DNA of 63,566 nucleotides, counting the filler, from an uncultured Myxococcia bacterium (lineage in GTDB: Bacteria > CAZTWC01), in assembly GCA_964617105.1 (NCBI GenBank). It is 3 parts of 3 records of this genome, joined end to end, with 100 filler letters (N's around TTAATTAATTAA, not from the genome) between each part and the next. Parts side by side here need not be neighbours in the genome. Positions count along the whole stretch, not along the records: positions 13,138 to 43,539 come from CAZTWC010000010.1; positions 43,640 to 63,566 come from CAZTWC010000035.1; 1 more part is not named here. The stretch is one strand, 5' to 3'. Both the position numbers and the translations under genes were made by a program. How positions within the stretch are numbered: the first letter of the stretch is position 1; the number at the start of each line of letters is the position of its first letter. Shown here piece after piece: positions 39,222 through 49,620 of the stretch. The notes beneath the pieces were generated by a model. The model was given only the letters and a program-made list of their open reading frames with translations. It made no database searches and was not told the DNA's origin.

Positions 39222-40100
39222 CTAATTAGTTTGAATACAACCTTCTTCTCGTCCACAGATACCCCTCTGACTATTTTTCACAAAATGTTGCATTATTTCA
39301 ATTTCAAGACAGTCAAGATCCGGATTGTTAGAAACTATTTCACGGGCTTCTATGAGAGGTAGGTTAGAATAGAAGAAAGACCGATAGGCAATCTTTAGTT
39401 GTTTTATGGTGTTTTTAGAAAAGTGGTGTCGCATAAGACCGGTCATATTTATTCCGTAGAGCCGGGCCCGGTCTCCTCCAGCGGTGCAATAAGGTGGGAC
39501 GTCCTGTGATACCATGGCTGAGGCGGCGATAAAAGAGTAGGTGCCCAGGCGAACGTATTGGTGAATAGCGGTAAAACCGCTTAAATTAACATGGTCCTGC
39601 ACCTCTACGTGGCCTGCCAAAGTGGAGTGGTTGGCCATGATTATCTGGTTACCCAGACGGCAGTCATGACCAACATGGGTATTGGCCATCAGGTAATTGT
39701 TATCTCCCATAGATGTCCGTCCATCATCTGATTTGGCCCCCCGGTTGATGGTGCAAAATTCTCTGATAATATTACCGCTGCCGATATGCAGGAAAGTATC
39801 GCGGCCGGTAAAATTTTTATCCTGCGGGTCAGAACCGATTACTGCATAGGGAAAGATGTGGTTGTTGTTTTGTAAGATGGTATTTTTTTCAACTATGGCA
39901 TGATGTTCAATAATATTGCCGGGTCCAATGGTTACGTTTTCCCCCACAAAAGCATATGCCCCGATTTCAGCGGTGCGGTCTATTTGAGCACCAGGTGCAA
40001 TTTCAGCGGTATGGTGGATTCGGCCGTCAACGTTACCTTGAAGATTGACCGCTTCTGTGCTGGTGAAAGGTTGGTAAAATCTTTTAATTTTTCCGTCCAT
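39222..40100 (-). CDS. lpxA: UDP-N-acetylglucosamine acyltransferase
   Basis: Hexapeptide repeats, PQD, HVGHDC, LAGHV, IHQ; position after fabZ. Confidence 0.93.
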   Translation of the reverse strand: MDGKIKRFYQPFTSTEAVNLQGNVDGRIHHTAEIAPGAQIDRTAEIGAYAFVGENVTIGPGNIIEHHAIVEKNTILQNNNHIFPYAVIGSDPQDKNFTGRDTFLHIGSGNIIREFCTINRGAKSDDGRTSMGDNNYLMANTHVGHDCRLGNQIIMANHSTLAGHVEVQDHVNLSGFTAIHQYVRLGTYSFIAASAMVSQDVPPYCTAGGDRARLYGINMTGLMRHHFSKNTIKQLKIAYRSFFYSNLPLIEAREIVSNNPDLDCLEIEIMQHFVKNSQRGICGREEGCIQTN

Positions 40101-40104
40101 TGCT

Positions 40105-40557
40105 TTATAACTCCTGGTGTTTAGGTAGCAAAACTGCTGAAAATTCAGCCTCAGCACAAGTGTTTTGGCTGTTTATAACCACGCATTTACCTTTTTGCTT
40201 CCAGATATTTCTTCGGTGCAACTGATTTACAACTTCTATGTTCAACACATCCCCGGGATATACCGGAGAGATAAATTTGGCATTTTGAATAGAAGTAATA
40301 TACAGGCATTTTGTCTTAAGATCAAATTTATTACTTTCATAAGCCAAAATAGCTCCTGATTGGGCCATGGCCTCAACTAACAAGATTCCAGGCATTACCG
40401 GCAGGTCGGGAAAGTGCCCTTGGAAATGGGGTTCATTAATGGAAACGCATTTTTGGGTCTTGATAGATTCTCCCTGAACAATCTCCAAAACTTTATCAAC
40501 CATTAAAAAAGGGTAACGATGGGGCAGAGCGTCCAATATTTTCAGGAAATTTTTCAT
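40105..40557 (-). CDS. fabZ: 3-hydroxyacyl-ACP dehydratase
   Basis: LPHRYPFLMVD, FQGHFP..PVMPG..EAMAQ. Confidence 0.96.
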   Translation of the reverse strand: MKNFLKILDALPHRYPFLMVDKVLEIVQGESIKTQKCVSINEPHFQGHFPDLPVMPGILLVEAMAQSGAILAYESNKFDLKTKCLYITSIQNAKFISPVYPGDVLNIEVVNQLHRRNIWKQKGKCVVINSQNTCAEAEFSAVLLPKHQEL

Positions 40558-41705
40558 TATAATAAATTTTGTCCAGGCTCTTGGTCCTGAGTTTTTTGGC
40601 CATTTAAGTCATCTATTTTTTGTTCCAACTTCTTTACTCGGGCAGACAGTTTATCTATTTGGTTTAATTGGGCTTTTTGTCTAATCCATCGGGAATGAGG
40701 AATCGCTGGAAAGCCTGCATAAACCTCTTTCCCGGCCAGATTTCTGGTTACACCCGCCCGGCCAGCCAGAGTAGATTGTGAGCCGATCTCAAGGTGGTCT
40801 GCAATCCCAGCCTGCCCACCGATTATAGTGCCTGGTCCAATGGTGACACTGCCAGCCATGCCTGATTGGGCAGCAATAGCACAATTATTACCAATAGAAA
40901 CGTTGTGACCCACCTGGATCAGATTATCCAACTTGCAGCCGTTGTCTATGAAGGTGGTGCTGTAAGTGGCCCGGTCAATTGCACAATTAGCACCTATTTC
41001 CACTTCGCTACCAATGGTGACTCTGCCAATTTGCGGTATTTTATCAAAAACATTGCCGGTTTGGTGGAAGCCAAACCCCTGGCTGCCAATAATCGTTCCC
41101 GCATTTATATACACCTTGTCCCCCAATCGGCAATCATCCAATACCACCACCTGGGGTTGCAGTATACACTTTCTTCCCAATATGACATCCGGGCCAAGAT
41201 AGCATGAGGGAAACAGCACCGAACCGTCACCAATAGTGGCTCTGGCACCAATATACACATGCGCCATTACCACCACTTTATCTCCTATTTGAGCACTCTC
41301 TTCAATCACAGCACTGGGATGGATTGATTGCTCAGAAGGGTAGATTAGGGGATGGAGATAGCAGGCAATGGTCGCCATTGCCTGACCTGGGTCATCAACC
41401 AACAGGAAAGTTTTTTCCTTTAAAGGATCAGGCAAAGAAAGGAAAAGAGATTCTGAAGTTATTATTACTCCAGCCTCTGTGTAGTTCAGAGCGGGCAAGT
41501 AGTTTTTATGGTTAAAAAGGGCTATTTGCTCTCCCTGGGCATCCTCCAGACTTTTACAGCTGCTGATCTCTTTGTTTTGATGACCGGTAATATTGCCCTC
41601 TATCAGTTGGGCTAATATCTCCAGGGGCACAGGCGGATCAGTGTAGCGGCGGCGCAAGCCCGGAGTATCTTCCGGCTGTATAGAGGGACTATCTTTTCTT
41701 CCCAC
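40557..41705 (-). CDS. lpxD: UDP-3-O-acylglucosamine N-acyltransferase (start uncertain)
   Basis: GSQGFGF, KIPQIG, IDRAT, KLDNLIQVGHN. Confidence 0.93.
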   Translation of the reverse strand: MGRKDSPSIQPEDTPGLRRRYTDPPVPLEILAQLIEGNITGHQNKEISSCKSLEDAQGEQIALFNHKNYLPALNYTEAGVIITSESLFLSLPDPLKEKTFLLVDDPGQAMATIACYLHPLIYPSEQSIHPSAVIEESAQIGDKVVVMAHVYIGARATIGDGSVLFPSCYLGPDVILGRKCILQPQVVVLDDCRLGDKVYINAGTIIGSQGFGFHQTGNVFDKIPQIGRVTIGSEVEIGANCAIDRATYSTTFIDNGCKLDNLIQVGHNVSIGNNCAIAAQSGMAGSVTIGPGTIIGGQAGIADHLEIGSQSTLAGRAGVTRNLAGKEVYAGFPAIPHSRWIRQKAQLNQIDKLSARVKKLEQKIDDLNGQKTQDQEPGQNLL

Positions 41706-42255
41706 CCTTAACCTTGCGTTTTTTCCCTTTTTGGGTTTTAGGAGGATACTTTTCATTATATTCTCTTATCACCTGGTTGGTTAAATCGAAATGACCAGGG
41801 GCATATAAAACACTCTCTTTTATTAACAGCAGGGAATATTTTCCTTTTTGACCGATTTTATGCAGGAGTAGTTGCATTTTTCTCAATATCCCTTGCAAAG
41901 CCATTGACTGTCGTCTGTCCAAATCTTTCTGCAGAGTCATGCCAAGGGTTTGCCATTCTTTGAGTTTTTTTAGCAATTCCCGCTCTTTATCTTTTTTGTT
42001 GGCCTCAGTCATCATCAGGCTCTGTTTGTCCAACTCTTGTTTCATTTTTTCCAATTCTTTCCGTTTTATGTCCAGTTGGCCCTGTTTTCTTTGAAACTCG
42101 GTTTTCAGGTCCGTGAGTATTTTTTTTCCTTCATTGGTTTCTCTCACTGCCCTTTGCAGGTCGACATAACCGATCTTTATTTTGCCGGCCCAGGCAGGAA
42201 CACTTAATAAACAAATTAAACAAATGGCAAATAAGGGTTTGATAATTTTAAACAT
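41689..42255 (-). CDS. skp: OmpH/Skp periplasmic chaperone
   Basis: Signal peptide, KIGYVD, coiled coil, DLTNQVI; between bamA and lpxD. Confidence 0.9.
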   Translation of the reverse strand: MFKIIKPLFAICLICLLSVPAWAGKIKIGYVDLQRAVRETNEGKKILTDLKTEFQRKQGQLDIKRKELEKMKQELDKQSLMMTEANKKDKERELLKKLKEWQTLGMTLQKDLDRRQSMALQGILRKMQLLLHKIGQKGKYSLLLIKESVLYAPGHFDLTNQVIREYNEKYPPKTQKGKKRKVKGGKKR

Positions 42256-42348
42256 ATTTACTCCTCTATTACTCTAAGTGCCTATAAGAAAATTAACTTC
42301 ATCAAATTAAAAACCAGCAACTGCCTCACGTTAGTCGCTGATTTTAGG

Positions 42349-43539
42349 TTAAAAGGAATTACCAATAGTAAATTCAAATAACATATTTTGGTCACTGGGA
42401 CGTGGTGTCAAAGGTATACCCCATTCAAACCGCAATGGACCAATGGGAGAAAACCAGCGGAATCCAAAACCTGCGCTAAGAAAAAGTCCCAAAGGCAATT
42501 CCTGGTGTGGATCCCAGTTAAAGTCTTGCCGTAGGTGAGCAGGTAATGTCTTTTCACCTAAATAAAATAGGTTTTCATCTTCGTCATACACATTGCCGGC
42601 ATCAAAAAATAAAACTCCCCGGATTCCTACTTTTTCAAAAATGGGAAATTCAATTTCAAAGTTGAAGATTAACTCCTTGTTCCCCCCCTTTTTAAAAGGT
42701 GAAATTCTGGAATAGACATCATAGCCGTTATTTGGTGATGGCATGGTGGGACTGATAGAGCGGAGATAATAACCACGTAAGTTAGTAGTCAACCCAATAC
42801 CACCTGCAACAAAACGTTCAAAAATCGGAATTCCCAAGTTATCATCACTAAATATATAGCCAAACTGAGAATTTACTTTAAAGACAAATTTCCACACCAG
42901 GGGAATATACCAGCGGCTAATACAGTTCATTCTGGTAAAAATATTTTCACTGCCTAATATGTTATCAGCCCATTCCATGGACAGGATATAATGATGACCA
43001 CGGGAGGGGAAAAGCCGGTTGTCCCTGGTGTCCCAGCTAAGACTGCCGGTTAAGGATGAAGTTTTGCCATCAGTAAAGAGATTTTTGATTCTTCGACCGG
43101 AGCGGCCATATTTACCAGTTTCCACAGATATCTCTTCGATGGTATAAGTCAGGTATATTCGCCAGTCATCCCAAAAAGGGTAGCCGAAACCAAAAGAGCC
43201 GCCCAGGCTATTACGCACGTAGTCTTCATAAACGTGCATAATATTAAAAAGATCCATGGTAAATGACCAATCGGTGTCAAGTAGGTATGGTTCAGTAAAG
43301 TGCAAATCGAAAAATTGGCGCAAGTTACTTATTTGAGCGGTCAAACTCAAGGTTTGCCCTCTGCCCAGCAAATTGTGCTGGGATATCTGCGCCTGTCCGA
43401 TGATATTTTCCACTGAACTGAAACCAAACCCGATCTGAAAGGCGCCGGTCGAGCGTTCTTTAACCTTGACCAGGGCTATAATTTTGTCTGGGGATGAACC
43501 TGGTTCAGTGATAATATCCACGCTTTCAAAAAAGCCCAA
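42349..43539 (-). CDS. bamA: Outer membrane protein assembly factor, 3' part (5' end lost at contig edge)
   Basis: VKERSTG, NLLGRGQ, LRGY, FFDAGN, WFSPIGPLRF. Confidence 0.93.
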   Translation of the reverse strand: MGFFESVDIITEPGSSPDKIIALVKVKERSTGAFQIGFGFSSVENIIGQAQISQHNLLGRGQTLSLTAQISNLRQFFDLHFTEPYLLDTDWSFTMDLFNIMHVYEDYVRNSLGGSFGFGYPFWDDWRIYLTYTIEEISVETGKYGRSGRRIKNLFTDGKTSSLTGSLSWDTRDNRLFPSRGHHYILSMEWADNILGSENIFTRMNCISRWYIPLVWKFVFKVNSQFGYIFSDDNLGIPIFERFVAGGIGLTTNLRGYYLRSISPTMPSPNNGYDVYSRISPFKKGGNKELIFNFEIEFPIFEKVGIRGVLFFDAGNVYDEDENLFYLGEKTLPAHLRQDFNWDPHQELPLGLFLSAGFGFRWFSPIGPLRFEWGIPLTPRPSDQNMLFEFTIGNSF

Positions 43540-43639
43540 NNNNNNNNNNNNNNNNNNNNNNNNNNNNNNNNNNNNNNNNNNNNTTAATTAATTAANNNNN
43601 NNNNNNNNNNNNNNNNNNNNNNNNNNNNNNNNNNNNNNN
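43540..43639. other. Artificial contig linker
   Basis: N run + TTAATTAATTAA + N run. Confidence 0.97.
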
Positions 43640-43743
43640 TAAGTTCAGATTTTGTCATCAATAATATCCTTGTAATATGGGCTCGCTCAAAAATAGAATA
43701 TGTTCTTAATATTTATAACTATTTTCTCTCTTTGTCAACAAGA

Positions 43744-44655
43744 TTATTCATAACCTAAAATTAGATTACCTTCAACTGCGCTCGCTTCTTGGAAAGGTTC
43801 GAATTGGACCAGGTTACGGCGGGCTTCCAACTGAAAGTCAAATTTACTGTCCAGCAGTAAGGCCAGTCTTTCTTTCCATTTGTTAACATCGTGATTGAAC
43901 CATTGACGTCTCTTCTCATCTTCCTGTTCTGTCCTGATACCGCCTGAAGGAGTCATAAAATGCCAGCCCACTGCTCCCAGGTGCAGAAACAATTTGTATC
44001 CCCGGCAATATAGTCTGAAAGTGGTATCGGTATCCTCTTTTTCTCCCAGGGGAGAGATATCAGTGGGAAATCCACCAGCATTAATTACTGCCTGGCGGCG
44101 GTAAAACCAGCAACTGTAAAGGCAAATCACCTCTTCTACCTTTGGTTCGCGGTGTAAAAAGCGCTGTTTAAGGGATTCAAATTTATTTTGTTTAGCCTGT
44201 TTCAGATCTTTTTCAGTCATATAGTATTTATCGGTCTGATTTTGGTTTGGAACAGGGTAAACGCCGCCGCAGGCCGCCGCTTGCTTGCTTTTGTCCTGCA
44301 TAACTCTGTATAATTTCTCGATATAATCATTTTCCAGCAGCACATCGTCATCCAGGCGCAAAATAAGATCATGGCGGGATGAGGTCATCAGTATGTTGTG
44401 GATAGATTGGAACCCGGTTTGAAAACCTCTGACTACATGCCAGCGATGTCCTTCCAGGTGGAGAAGGTTTAACATAACTTTAAAATTATAAAAATTGGTT
44501 AAGATATTTTCCGGGTCATTGTCATCCAAAATGGTTATATCCCAGTTTTGGATAGTCTGAGTTCGCAGTGATTGCAAGAGCAGCATAAGGTTGGGCAATC
44601 GTCCACGGGTGGGGACACAAATTTCAAATCTTTCCGCAGGGGATTGAGGGGGCAT
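43744..44655 (-). CDS. Glycosyltransferase family 2
   Basis: ICVPTRGR, ILDD, LRLDDDV, ED..T.FR, VGWH. Confidence 0.85.
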   Translation of the reverse strand: MPPQSPAERFEICVPTRGRLPNLMLLLQSLRTQTIQNWDITILDDNDPENILTNFYNFKVMLNLLHLEGHRWHVVRGFQTGFQSIHNILMTSSRHDLILRLDDDVLLENDYIEKLYRVMQDKSKQAAACGGVYPVPNQNQTDKYYMTEKDLKQAKQNKFESLKQRFLHREPKVEEVICLYSCWFYRRQAVINAGGFPTDISPLGEKEDTDTTFRLYCRGYKLFLHLGAVGWHFMTPSGGIRTEQEDEKRRQWFNHDVNKWKERLALLLDSKFDFQLEARRNLVQFEPFQEASAVEGNLILGYE

Positions 44656-44703
44656 GATTTTCTCCAGAAGATGGTCACCAGTTAGGGTGGAGTGGACGAG
44701 AGG

Positions 44704-46375
44704 TTAATTAATTGAATTGTCGTTTACTACCTTGATAATGTCTTTGACTTTTTTAGCCAAAGTCTGGTCCAAAGCCACCACCTGGTTGTTTTTATCCACT
44801 ATCAAATTAGTTAGATAACTTAGGTTTAGGTTTAATTTGGAAACATCGCCTATAGAGGAAAAAACTTCCCCCAAAATGGTCTTAATTTCGCTGCTGATAA
44901 AGTTTATTTTTTCGATATGAGCATTGGTCTGCTCGATAAACTTGGTTGAAAAAATGGAAAAATCGCCAATAGACTCGGTGATTTTAATTATATCATCACA
45001 GGAATCGATAATAGTTTGAGATGGGCCGATAATAGAGTTGGACAGATCTCTGATGCCATCTGCCATAGCAGAAAAGACCTTGCTCCGTTCCGAGATACTC
45101 CTGGATACCTGAGAGGCTTGAATGGAGGCGTTGAGCGAGATTAACTCTATATCTTCAGAAAACTGGACAATATGAGATATGGTTTTCCGGATAAACTCGA
45201 TAATCTCTTTTAAATTGGTCACCCGGCGCATAACCTCATCCACACTATGCCGCAATTCCGCTGTCCGGTGAAGATCGGAGATAAAGTGATTGAGTTTTTC
45301 TTCCACATGCATAAAGGGCAGATGGGCTTCTAAAAAAATCATCTTGGTGTTGTTGACAATGGTGGTCAACTTTTTCAGAATCGCTTCCAGATCACGATTT
45401 TTTTCCACCAGTTTGCCAATGGTTTTTGGTATTTCGGACACAGCGCTTTGCACTTCATCAGACTCTACAATATTACCTACCGGAGAGGTGTTTTGCTGGC
45501 CGGATCTATTAAAGGCGACAGTATAATCGAAACTTTTGTTGGTGAACAGCCGGCTGACCGTATCTATTACCACATGAATATTCTTAATCGATTCGTCAAT
45601 ATTAGTAACAATATTGGAGGATATCTGGTGTTGACTATCCACCGAGTTCATCACCTGCATCAACTCGTTGGAAACCGATTTTACTGAAGAGAAGATCTCT
45701 TCAAAATCTTTGCCGATCACAATGGCTTCATTGAGAACTCTCTGCATGTTGGAGCGGACATTTTCACTTAAGTGTAAAAGCAAGTTGGAACTGTTGATAA
45801 AGTTCATCAAATTTTCCTGAACTTCCCGTAACATAGCCTTGGATCGTTCGGTCAGTTCATTTACGTCATCGGCAATGGTATCGAAACCGCCTCTCAAAGA
45901 GAGGCGGGCGTTTTGGATTTTTAAGTTAGTTGACAGGTAAAAGGCTTGATAGTGGATGCGGTATAACTCTTCGGTAACCCTGATAACTTTGTTGGTGTAC
46001 TCAGTCAAGGTGTCAATATTTTTGAGCACNNNNNNNNNNGTTATCTAACTGTTGGACCGCTTCGCCAATTTCAAAAGAGCTCTTGAGGACAATATTGCTG
46101 ATGGCCTCAAAATGTTCCAGCAGAGCATTGATATTATTTTGAATGTGGGCCAGGCTGGTTTTAAATTCCCTGGTGGTGCGAAAAAAATCTTCTCCCAATT
46201 TGTATTGTTCGTTCAAGTAACTGGACATCTGGTAGGATATCTTGTTTAAGTATTCAAACTGAGTGAAAAAATGTCGTTGATAGTTCAAATTTTGTAGGTG
46301 ATTTTTCTGTACTACCATATTATTGTCCGTAGTCTCCGTTGCCCGAACAGATATCCGGGGTATAATTCCCGGCAT
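44704..46375 (-). CDS. Soluble coiled-coil protein with two degenerate MCP signalling hairpins (probably one gene split by the N gap at 46030-46039)
   Basis: LSTNLKIQNAR..GGFDTIADDVNELTERS and LISLNASIQAS..VFSAMADGIRDLS; no TM. Confidence 0.65.
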
Positions 46376-46470
46376 TTTAATGCCGAGTTGAATATCTACT
46401 AATAAATAAGAGAGTTTATCTTAATCGAGTAAAAACTACAAGATAAAATATTTATACTGTTTTCACGTTT

Positions 46471-49400
46471 TCAGATGCCGGTGTTGCCATGTTTTGAAGA
46501 TATAGGAACAAATAGTCGTAAAGGCTCTCCATTGGCCAGGAAGAAGCAGTGGATAAATGGATTATTTTGATTTTCCAGGTCATCTTTTAGTAGGTCACTT
46601 TTTAATGGCAGACCGCTTTTATAATCCAGTCGGACCTTTCGAAGGGAGGTTGGGCGAAGGATTTTCACCCTGGTTTCCTGCTGATATTCCAAATCATAAG
46701 GGTCCAGGTGCAAGGCATAATCAGGTATTTTAAGCAGGTGACGGACGGTCCTGGACCATACATCCAGCCCACCGCCGGCTCCGCCAATCCTAAGGTTTTT
46801 ACTTTGCATGGGACTATTATCATCATACCCCACGTAACTTACTATGGTATAGCCATGTTCAACCCGGGGTCTACCCACCTCATTAGAATGAACTGCAAAA
46901 TGGGGTAAAAGTCCGGCATAGGTGGAATTAGTATAATTGTTGGCCGTGCCGGTCTTCCCTAAACTAGGTATTTTCAAATTTAAATTCACCAGATCATCGA
47001 AATTTTGGGAATCGGTTGGGTTCACTTCCCTAAGTATCATCTCTCGTTCCAGTCGTTTTCCGGTGCCCCATCGAGTGACCTGGAGCAGCATTTCCCGAAT
47101 TTGAGCCACTATTTTACTGTCCAACAACCGTTTTTTAATCACCTGGTCTTCATAGAGAATATGACCATCTTGGTGGCTGATCTTTTTAATCAACATGGGA
47201 GAGAAATTATTTTTAGACCGAAAGGTATAGCCGGTCAGCATTGTTTGATAGGCCTGGGCCAATTCGGTGATGGAAATGGCGTTAGAGCCCAGCGGAAAAG
47301 AGAGCACCAGTTCTAGGGGACTGCTGATACCAAGTGTCTGGCATAATTTCTGTAGATAGCGTAATCCTACCGTAACCTTGAAATCGCGCACCAGGCTCAA
47401 TATCTCCAGGGAATATTTGTCTTTATCTTTCAATTGCTGCCAGCGTTTCTCAACTCGCCGCTCTATCTCTTCCAGGGTGAAAAGTCTGATCCCCTGGACC
47501 TTTATCTCTCTATCAGTTTCAGGCGCCTCTAGTTTTGAGTTACTCTCTTTTTCGCCATAGGCCAGCTCCATCTCCTGCGCTTTTTTTAATAGGGAGAGAA
47601 AATTATCTTCCAGCACCAGCATCTGTTTCTTTAGCCGGCCTCTTTTTGTTTTGTCCATTTGGACTTGATAAAGATAGCCAAAGGGCAAAAATTTTAATCT
47701 CTCACTCTCTTCTTCCTGCCCTTCAAACTTTAAATCTACCAGTATCTCCTCTTTTACCTTTTGGTAAATACCCTCTTTAATGGCGCCGTCGAAAGGAATT
47801 ATTCCCAGTTTATCCCGGATTCGCTTCATGTATTGCTGTCGAATTTCTCCACTCTTTCCCTTTAGTTCATCTCTGGGCAGCATATTCATCTCTGCCGCCA
47901 GTTGTTTAAACTGAATAGGATTAAGTCGGTCGGTAAGATGGTAAAGCAGATAGACCGAGGCTAAATTCTCACTTTTTATAGCCGTCCAGGCCATGGAAAC
48001 CCTGGAACTGAGTGGCTTATGATCCGGGGAGGGGAAATAAAAATTGTTCTGATACAAAAAAGCCTGCGGTTTATTGTTGAGAATATCCAGGGGTGACCAC
48101 TGCAATTGTAAGGCTGCCAAGAAGAGAAGGGGTTTAAAGGTGGAACCGGGCTGTCTTTTGGCCATTATGGCGCGATTGTAATTTTCGTTGTTGTAACCTC
48201 CGATAATGCTAAAGAATTCACCTTCCCGTAATACAACCAGTCCTCCCTGCAAGCCTGGTGGAGAATGGAGATTAAAACGGACAGTTTTTCCATCTGAAGA
48301 AACTTTACGCATCATTACAGTTAAGAGATTGCCAGGATTTAACTGTTTAAATAATCGTTTTACCGCTTTAGGATGCCCGGGAGGATAGATTAATCCTTTA
48401 TAATGGGTATAGGCTGCGGCAAACTCGGCCAATCCCGGCTGGTCGACAATTTTCTTTCTCCCATCGGGACTGTTCAATTCCAGTTGCAAAAAGGGCTTTC
48501 TTTTTTGGACCCACCCTTTTTTTAGCAAGCGCCCAAGATAAATATTGCCAGGGGAAAAAGAATCATAATGGGGTAAAGATTTATTGGATTTAAGAAGTTT
48601 GGGAGATTTGTAACCCTTCAACTTCAAGTCCAGCAAATTGAGTGATTCTCGAATGCCCATCATCCCCGCGGATTGGGTTTTCTGGTCAAGAGCCAGGGTA
48701 ATTTGCAAGCCGGCATTAGGAATTTTGCTCAGGGTTATGCCCCGGGACTGTAAACTCTTAGTAATTGGCCCGCTTTGCAACTGATTTTCCACCATATCCA
48801 TTATCACTGAGCGGTTGTATCTGAATTTGCCTTTAGAAAAGTCAGGCAGTTTATTCCGATTTTGAAGGTACTGTTTACGACTGATATGCCCGTCTTCCAA
48901 CATTCGTCGTAAAACATAGGCTAACCTTTTGCCGATGCGTTGAATGATTTCATCTCGCTCCTTTTTATTTCTGGCCCGAAAGGGATTGTAATAGGAAGGT
49001 TTATTAACAATGGCCGAGGCGATAAATGCACACTCCAACAGGTCTAAATTCTCAACTCTCTTATTAAAGAAATAGCGGGCTGCCACTCCAATCCCCCGGC
49101 CGTTGCCGCTGGCAAAAAATTGGTTGAGGTAAAATTCGATAATCTTCTCTTTGGGATAGTGTGCTTCCAGCCGGAAAGCATTGAGCAGTTCCTTGAATTT
49201 ATCGGTTATCTTTCGCTGATGTTTATAGAGGTTCTCGGCAGTTTGCATGGTGATAGTGCTGCCGCCCTGGACAATTCGTCTGGCTTTCAGATTGGCAATT
49301 ACCGCTCGGGTAATGGACCTCAAGTTTATTCCCGGGTGGCTGAAAAAAAGCCGGTCTTCAGAGGAAACGGTGGCCTTGATACAATAGGCGGGTATCCGTT

Positions 49401-49620
49401 GGTAATCCACGTAATGACGGTGTTCTCCCTGAAAAAAAGAGCCTATTTTAGTTTTGCCGTCCCGGAAAAAAACCGGACTCTCCCGAGATAAAACTGAGCG
49501 GATGTAACTCTCTTTTAAATGTTCACCAGGAGCATAAATCACTAAGTAATAAAAACCGCCTATACTTGCTGGTAAGAGTAAGATCAAGAACAGCAGGAAC
49601 CAGAGAAAAATTTTAGCCAT
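46471..49620 (-). CDS. Class A penicillin-binding protein (PBP1A-like) with large insertions
   Basis: TM; SEDRLFFSHPG, QGGSTITMQ; RQPGSTFKP, SEN, KTGT. Confidence 0.9.
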   Translation of the reverse strand: MAKIFLWFLLFLILLLPASIGGFYYLVIYAPGEHLKESYIRSVLSRESPVFFRDGKTKIGSFFQGEHRHYVDYQRIPAYCIKATVSSEDRLFFSHPGINLRSITRAVIANLKARRIVQGGSTITMQTAENLYKHQRKITDKFKELLNAFRLEAHYPKEKIIEFYLNQFFASGNGRGIGVAARYFFNKRVENLDLLECAFIASAIVNKPSYYNPFRARNKKERDEIIQRIGKRLAYVLRRMLEDGHISRKQYLQNRNKLPDFSKGKFRYNRSVIMDMVENQLQSGPITKSLQSRGITLSKIPNAGLQITLALDQKTQSAGMMGIRESLNLLDLKLKGYKSPKLLKSNKSLPHYDSFSPGNIYLGRLLKKGWVQKRKPFLQLELNSPDGRKKIVDQPGLAEFAAAYTHYKGLIYPPGHPKAVKRLFKQLNPGNLLTVMMRKVSSDGKTVRFNLHSPPGLQGGLVVLREGEFFSIIGGYNNENYNRAIMAKRQPGSTFKPLLFLAALQLQWSPLDILNNKPQAFLYQNNFYFPSPDHKPLSSRVSMAWTAIKSENLASVYLLYHLTDRLNPIQFKQLAAEMNMLPRDELKGKSGEIRQQYMKRIRDKLGIIPFDGAIKEGIYQKVKEEILVDLKFEGQEEESERLKFLPFGYLYQVQMDKTKRGRLKKQMLVLEDNFLSLLKKAQEMELAYGEKESNSKLEAPETDREIKVQGIRLFTLEEIERRVEKRWQQLKDKDKYSLEILSLVRDFKVTVGLRYLQKLCQTLGISSPLELVLSFPLGSNAISITELAQAYQTMLTGYTFRSKNNFSPMLIKKISHQDGHILYEDQVIKKRLLDSKIVAQIREMLLQVTRWGTGKRLEREMILREVNPTDSQNFDDLVNLNLKIPSLGKTGTANNYTNSTYAGLLPHFAVHSNEVGRPRVEHGYTIVSYVGYDDNSPMQSKNLRIGGAGGGLDVWSRTVRHLLKIPDYALHLDPYDLEYQQETRVKILRPTSLRKVRLDYKSGLPLKSDLLKDDLENQNNPFIHCFFLANGEPLRLFVPISSKHGNTGI

